DNA from: Lysobacterales bacterium
GTDB lineage: Bacteria; Pseudomonadota; Gammaproteobacteria; Xanthomonadales; Xanthomonadaceae
Reading direction: 5' to 3'
Assembly: GCA_017302095.1 (NCBI GenBank)
Contig: JAFLEC010000001.1
Span: 1 to 40,144, forward strand
Length of the DNA stretch: 40,144 nt
In this document: positions 37,383 through 40,144 of the stretch, piece by piece
Layout of the letters: every line of letters starts with the position of its first letter
Position numbering within the stretch: position 1 is the first letter of the stretch
Position numbers and translations under genes: made by a program
The notes under the pieces: model-generated
What the model saw: only the letters and a program-made list of their open reading frames with translations
Databases searched by the model: none
Told to the model about the DNA's origin: nothing

Positions 37383-39062
37383 ATGAGTTCTGAACGTCCT
37401 TGGTTGGCCCACTACCCCGCCGGCGTGCCTGCCGAGATCGACCTCAACGAGTTCTCCGCCATCCCCGACGTGTTCGATGCCGCGCTGGCCAAGTTCGCGG
37501 GCAAAACCGCGTTCTCGAACATGGGCAAGTCGATCACCTATACCGACCTCGACCGCATGAGCCGCGACTTCGCCGGCTACCTGCTGGGCGAGCTCAAGCT
37601 CAAGAAGGGCGATCGCGTCGCGATCATGATGCCCAACTGCCTGCAGTACCCGATCGCGATCATGGGCGTCCTGCGCGCCGGCCTGACCGTGGTCAACACC
37701 AACCCGATGTACACCGCCCGCGAGCTCAAGCACCAGCTGGCGGACTCCGGCGCCAGCGTGCTGCTGGTGATGGACAACTTCGGCAACGTGGCGCAGGACG
37801 TGCTGGCGCAGATGCCGGGCGTGCGCGCGATCACCACCGGGCTGGGAGACCTGCTCGGCTTCCCCAAGGGCGCGATCGTCAACTTCGTGCTGAAGCACCT
37901 GAAGAAGATGGTGCCCGACTACGACATCCCGGGCGCGGTGCGTTTCCGCGACACCCTGACCCTGGGCCGCATGCACACCCTGCCGAAGGTCGCCATCGGC
38001 CCCGAGGACCTCGCCTTCCTGCAGTACACCGGCGGCACCACGGGTGTTTCCAAGGGCGCGATGCTGACCCACCGGAACCTGATCGCCAACATGCAGCAGG
38101 CGGCGGCGTGGGTGGGCGGCAATGCGAAGATGGGCGAGGAACTCATCGTCACCGCGCTGCCGCTGTACCACATCTTCGCGCTGACGGCGAACTGCCTGGT
38201 GTTCATGAAGTTCGGCGCGCACAACCACCTGATCACCAACCCGCGCGACATGCCCGGCTTCGTGAAGGAACTGAAGTCGGTGCCGTTCACCGCGATCACC
38301 GGCGTCAACACGTTGTTCAACGGCCTGCTCAACACCCCCGGTTTCGACCAGGTGGACTTCTCGAAGCTGCACCTCACCCTGGGCGGCGGCATGGCGGTGC
38401 AGCGCGCCGTGGCCGAGCGCTGGAAGCAGGTGACCGGTTGCACCCTGGCCGAGGCCTACGGCCTGACCGAGACCTCGCCTGCGGTGTGCATCAACCCGCT
38501 GGACCTGCGCGAGTACAACGGCTCGATCGGCCTGCCGGTGCCCTCCACCGAGGTCTGCATCAAGGACGATGACGGCCGCCAGCTCGCGATCGGCGACGTC
38601 GGCGAACTGTGCGTGCGCGGGCCGCAGGTGATGCGCGGCTACTGGCAGCGCCCCGAGGAGACCGCCAAGGTCATCGATGCCGATGGTTGGCTGCACACCG
38701 GCGACATGGCGCGCGTGGACGCGCAGGGGTACTTCTACATCGTCGACCGCAAGAAGGACATGATCCTGGTGTCCGGCTTCAACGTGTACCCGAACGAGGT
38801 CGAGGACGTGATCGCGATGATGCCGGGCGTGCTCGAAGTGGCCGCGATCGGCGTCCCCGACGACAAGTCCGGCGAGGCGGTGAAGGTGTTCGTGGTCAAG
38901 AAGGACCCGGCGCTCTCCGCCGATGCGATCAAGGCCTTCTGCCGCGAGAACATGACCGGCTACAAGCAACCCAAGCACGTGGAGTTCCGCGACGAACTGC
39001 CGAAGAGCAATGTCGGCAAGATCCTGCGCAAGGAACTGCGGGACCCGCCGAAGGCGGCGTGA
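37383..39062 (+). CDS. rpfB: Long-chain fatty acid-CoA ligase RpfB (FadD-like)
   Basis: RPWLAHYPAGVP, LQYTGGTTGVSKGA, YGLTETSP, GWLHTGD and PKSNVGKILR. Adjacent to rpfF. Confidence 0.93.
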   Translation: MSSERPWLAHYPAGVPAEIDLNEFSAIPDVFDAALAKFAGKTAFSNMGKSITYTDLDRMSRDFAGYLLGELKLKKGDRVAIMMPNCLQYPIAIMGVLRAGLTVVNTNPMYTARELKHQLADSGASVLLVMDNFGNVAQDVLAQMPGVRAITTGLGDLLGFPKGAIVNFVLKHLKKMVPDYDIPGAVRFRDTLTLGRMHTLPKVAIGPEDLAFLQYTGGTTGVSKGAMLTHRNLIANMQQAAAWVGGNAKMGEELIVTALPLYHIFALTANCLVFMKFGAHNHLITNPRDMPGFVKELKSVPFTAITGVNTLFNGLLNTPGFDQVDFSKLHLTLGGGMAVQRAVAERWKQVTGCTLAEAYGLTETSPAVCINPLDLREYNGSIGLPVPSTEVCIKDDDGRQLAIGDVGELCVRGPQVMRGYWQRPEETAKVIDADGWLHTGDMARVDAQGYFYIVDRKKDMILVSGFNVYPNEVEDVIAMMPGVLEVAAIGVPDDKSGEAVKVFVVKKDPALSADAIKAFCRENMTGYKQPKHVEFRDELPKSNVGKILRKELRDPPKAA

Positions 39063-39097
39063 GCACGACGTGAGCGCGCCGTGAGGGCCGCGTGACC

Positions 39098-39137
39098 CAA
39101 GGCGCCGGGCGCGGGATGGACCGCTCCCGGCGCCTTG
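39098..39137 (+). terminator. GC-rich hairpin between rpfB and rpfF
   Basis: CAAGGCGCCGGG-C-GCGG / CCGC-T-CCCGGCGCCTTG followed by an interrupted T-rich tail. Confidence 0.6.
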
Positions 39138-39240
39138 CGCTTTGGGCGTTTTGGGCGCATACAGGCCCGCACGGGTCCTTGTCCCCTGTCCTTTGACCGC
39201 CGGCAGGCCCGGGCCGGCGGCTATCGCCCGGAGCGCTGCC

Positions 39241-40131
39241 ATGGTCACCATCGAGAAACTGTCCCCCGTCCCCCGCTATACCACCCTGCGCGTCACCGAG
39301 AACGCGGACGCCAGCGTGCACTGGTGCCACATGCACGCCGACCTGGCGCGTGCGCCGGGGCGTGCCTGCTTCAAGCCGGCGCTGGTCAACGAAATCCTGC
39401 AGTACCAGTGGAGCCTCGCCGACCGCCTGCGCCGCGAGCGCAGCAACGGCGACGATCCCCTGCGCCACGTGGTGCTGGCCTCCGACTGCGATGCCTTCAA
39501 CCTGGGTGGCGACCTCGAGTACTTCTGCGATGCGATCCGTCGCCAGGACCGCCATGCGCTGCTGACCTACGCACGCCAGTGCGTGCGCGGCGTGCACGCC
39601 TTCCACACCGGGCTGGATGCCGGCGCGCACAGCATCGCACTGGTCCAGGGCGATGCGCTGGGCGGCGGTTTCGAGGCCGCGCTGAGCTGCCACACCATCG
39701 TGGCCGAGGAAGGCGTCGGCATGGGCTTGCCCGAGGTGTTGTTCGACCTGTTCCCGGGGATGGGCGCCTACTCCTTCCTGTGCAAGCGCATCCCGCCGCA
39801 CCAAGCCGAGAAAATGATGCTCAGCGGCGACGTCTACGCCAGCGAGGACCTGTACAAGATGGGCCTGGTGGACGTCCTGGCCCCGCGCGGCCAGGGCCAG
39901 CAGGCGGTCGACGAGGTGATCCGCGCCAATCGTCGCATTCCGCACGCCCGCACAGCCATGCACCGCGTGCGCGCGATGTCGCAGCCGGTGACCTTGGAAG
40001 AGATGATGGGCATCACCGAGGTCTGGGTGGACACTGCGATGCAGCTGGGCGAGAAGCCCCTGCGCACGATGGAGCGCCTGGTCCGCGCCCAGTACAAGCG
40101 TCACGCCGAGCCGAACGCCGCGACCGCCTGA
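39241..40131 (+). CDS. rpfF: DSF synthase RpfF (crotonase family)
   Basis: PGRACF, FNLGGDL, ALVQGDALGGGFEAALSC and GLPEVLFDLFPGMGAYS. Both catalytic Glu are present. Confidence 0.95.
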   Translation: MVTIEKLSPVPRYTTLRVTENADASVHWCHMHADLARAPGRACFKPALVNEILQYQWSLADRLRRERSNGDDPLRHVVLASDCDAFNLGGDLEYFCDAIRRQDRHALLTYARQCVRGVHAFHTGLDAGAHSIALVQGDALGGGFEAALSCHTIVAEEGVGMGLPEVLFDLFPGMGAYSFLCKRIPPHQAEKMMLSGDVYASEDLYKMGLVDVLAPRGQGQQAVDEVIRANRRIPHARTAMHRVRAMSQPVTLEEMMGITEVWVDTAMQLGEKPLRTMERLVRAQYKRHAEPNAATA

Positions 40132-40144
40132 CCCGGCTCAGTTG

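Overview
GC-rich chromosomal window from a Xanthomonadaceae/Lysobacteraceae bacterium. The taxon is inferred from gene order and protein sequences. 1-12975: a xyloglucan/galactose utilisation locus. Leftward are the 5' end of a probable acetylesterase, a GH74 xyloglucanase and a TonB-dependent receptor. A LysR regulator sits in the middle, and a rightward De Ley-Doudoroff operon (SDR, dgoA, dgoD, lactonase, dgoK) ends in a secreted GH43. 13022-28747: housekeeping block crcB-rarA-(hyp)-lolA-ftsK-ald / trxB-DUF482 GNAT-aat-infA / clpA-clpS / (hyp)-nudJ-mnmA-hflD. 28747-40131: acnB with upstream AbrB and PIN genes, acnA (rpfA), three exported hypothetical proteins, and the DSF quorum-sensing genes rpfB and rpfF. 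No rRNA, tRNA, CRISPR array, transposase or integrase was seen. The best non-obvious signals are: a 41-bp LysR-type operator present twice; two copies of an ~85-bp palindromic MITE/REP-like element; two related intergenic hairpins with AAGGAGG-GGAGG loops; an exactly 11-bp-phased CGTGA x4 array after rpfB; a leader ORF with a duplicated ribosome-binding site; a PIN protein lacking a catalytic Glu; and two exported hydrophobic-ligand-fold candidates inside the rpf region. All protein assignments are from motif recognition by eye, not database searches.
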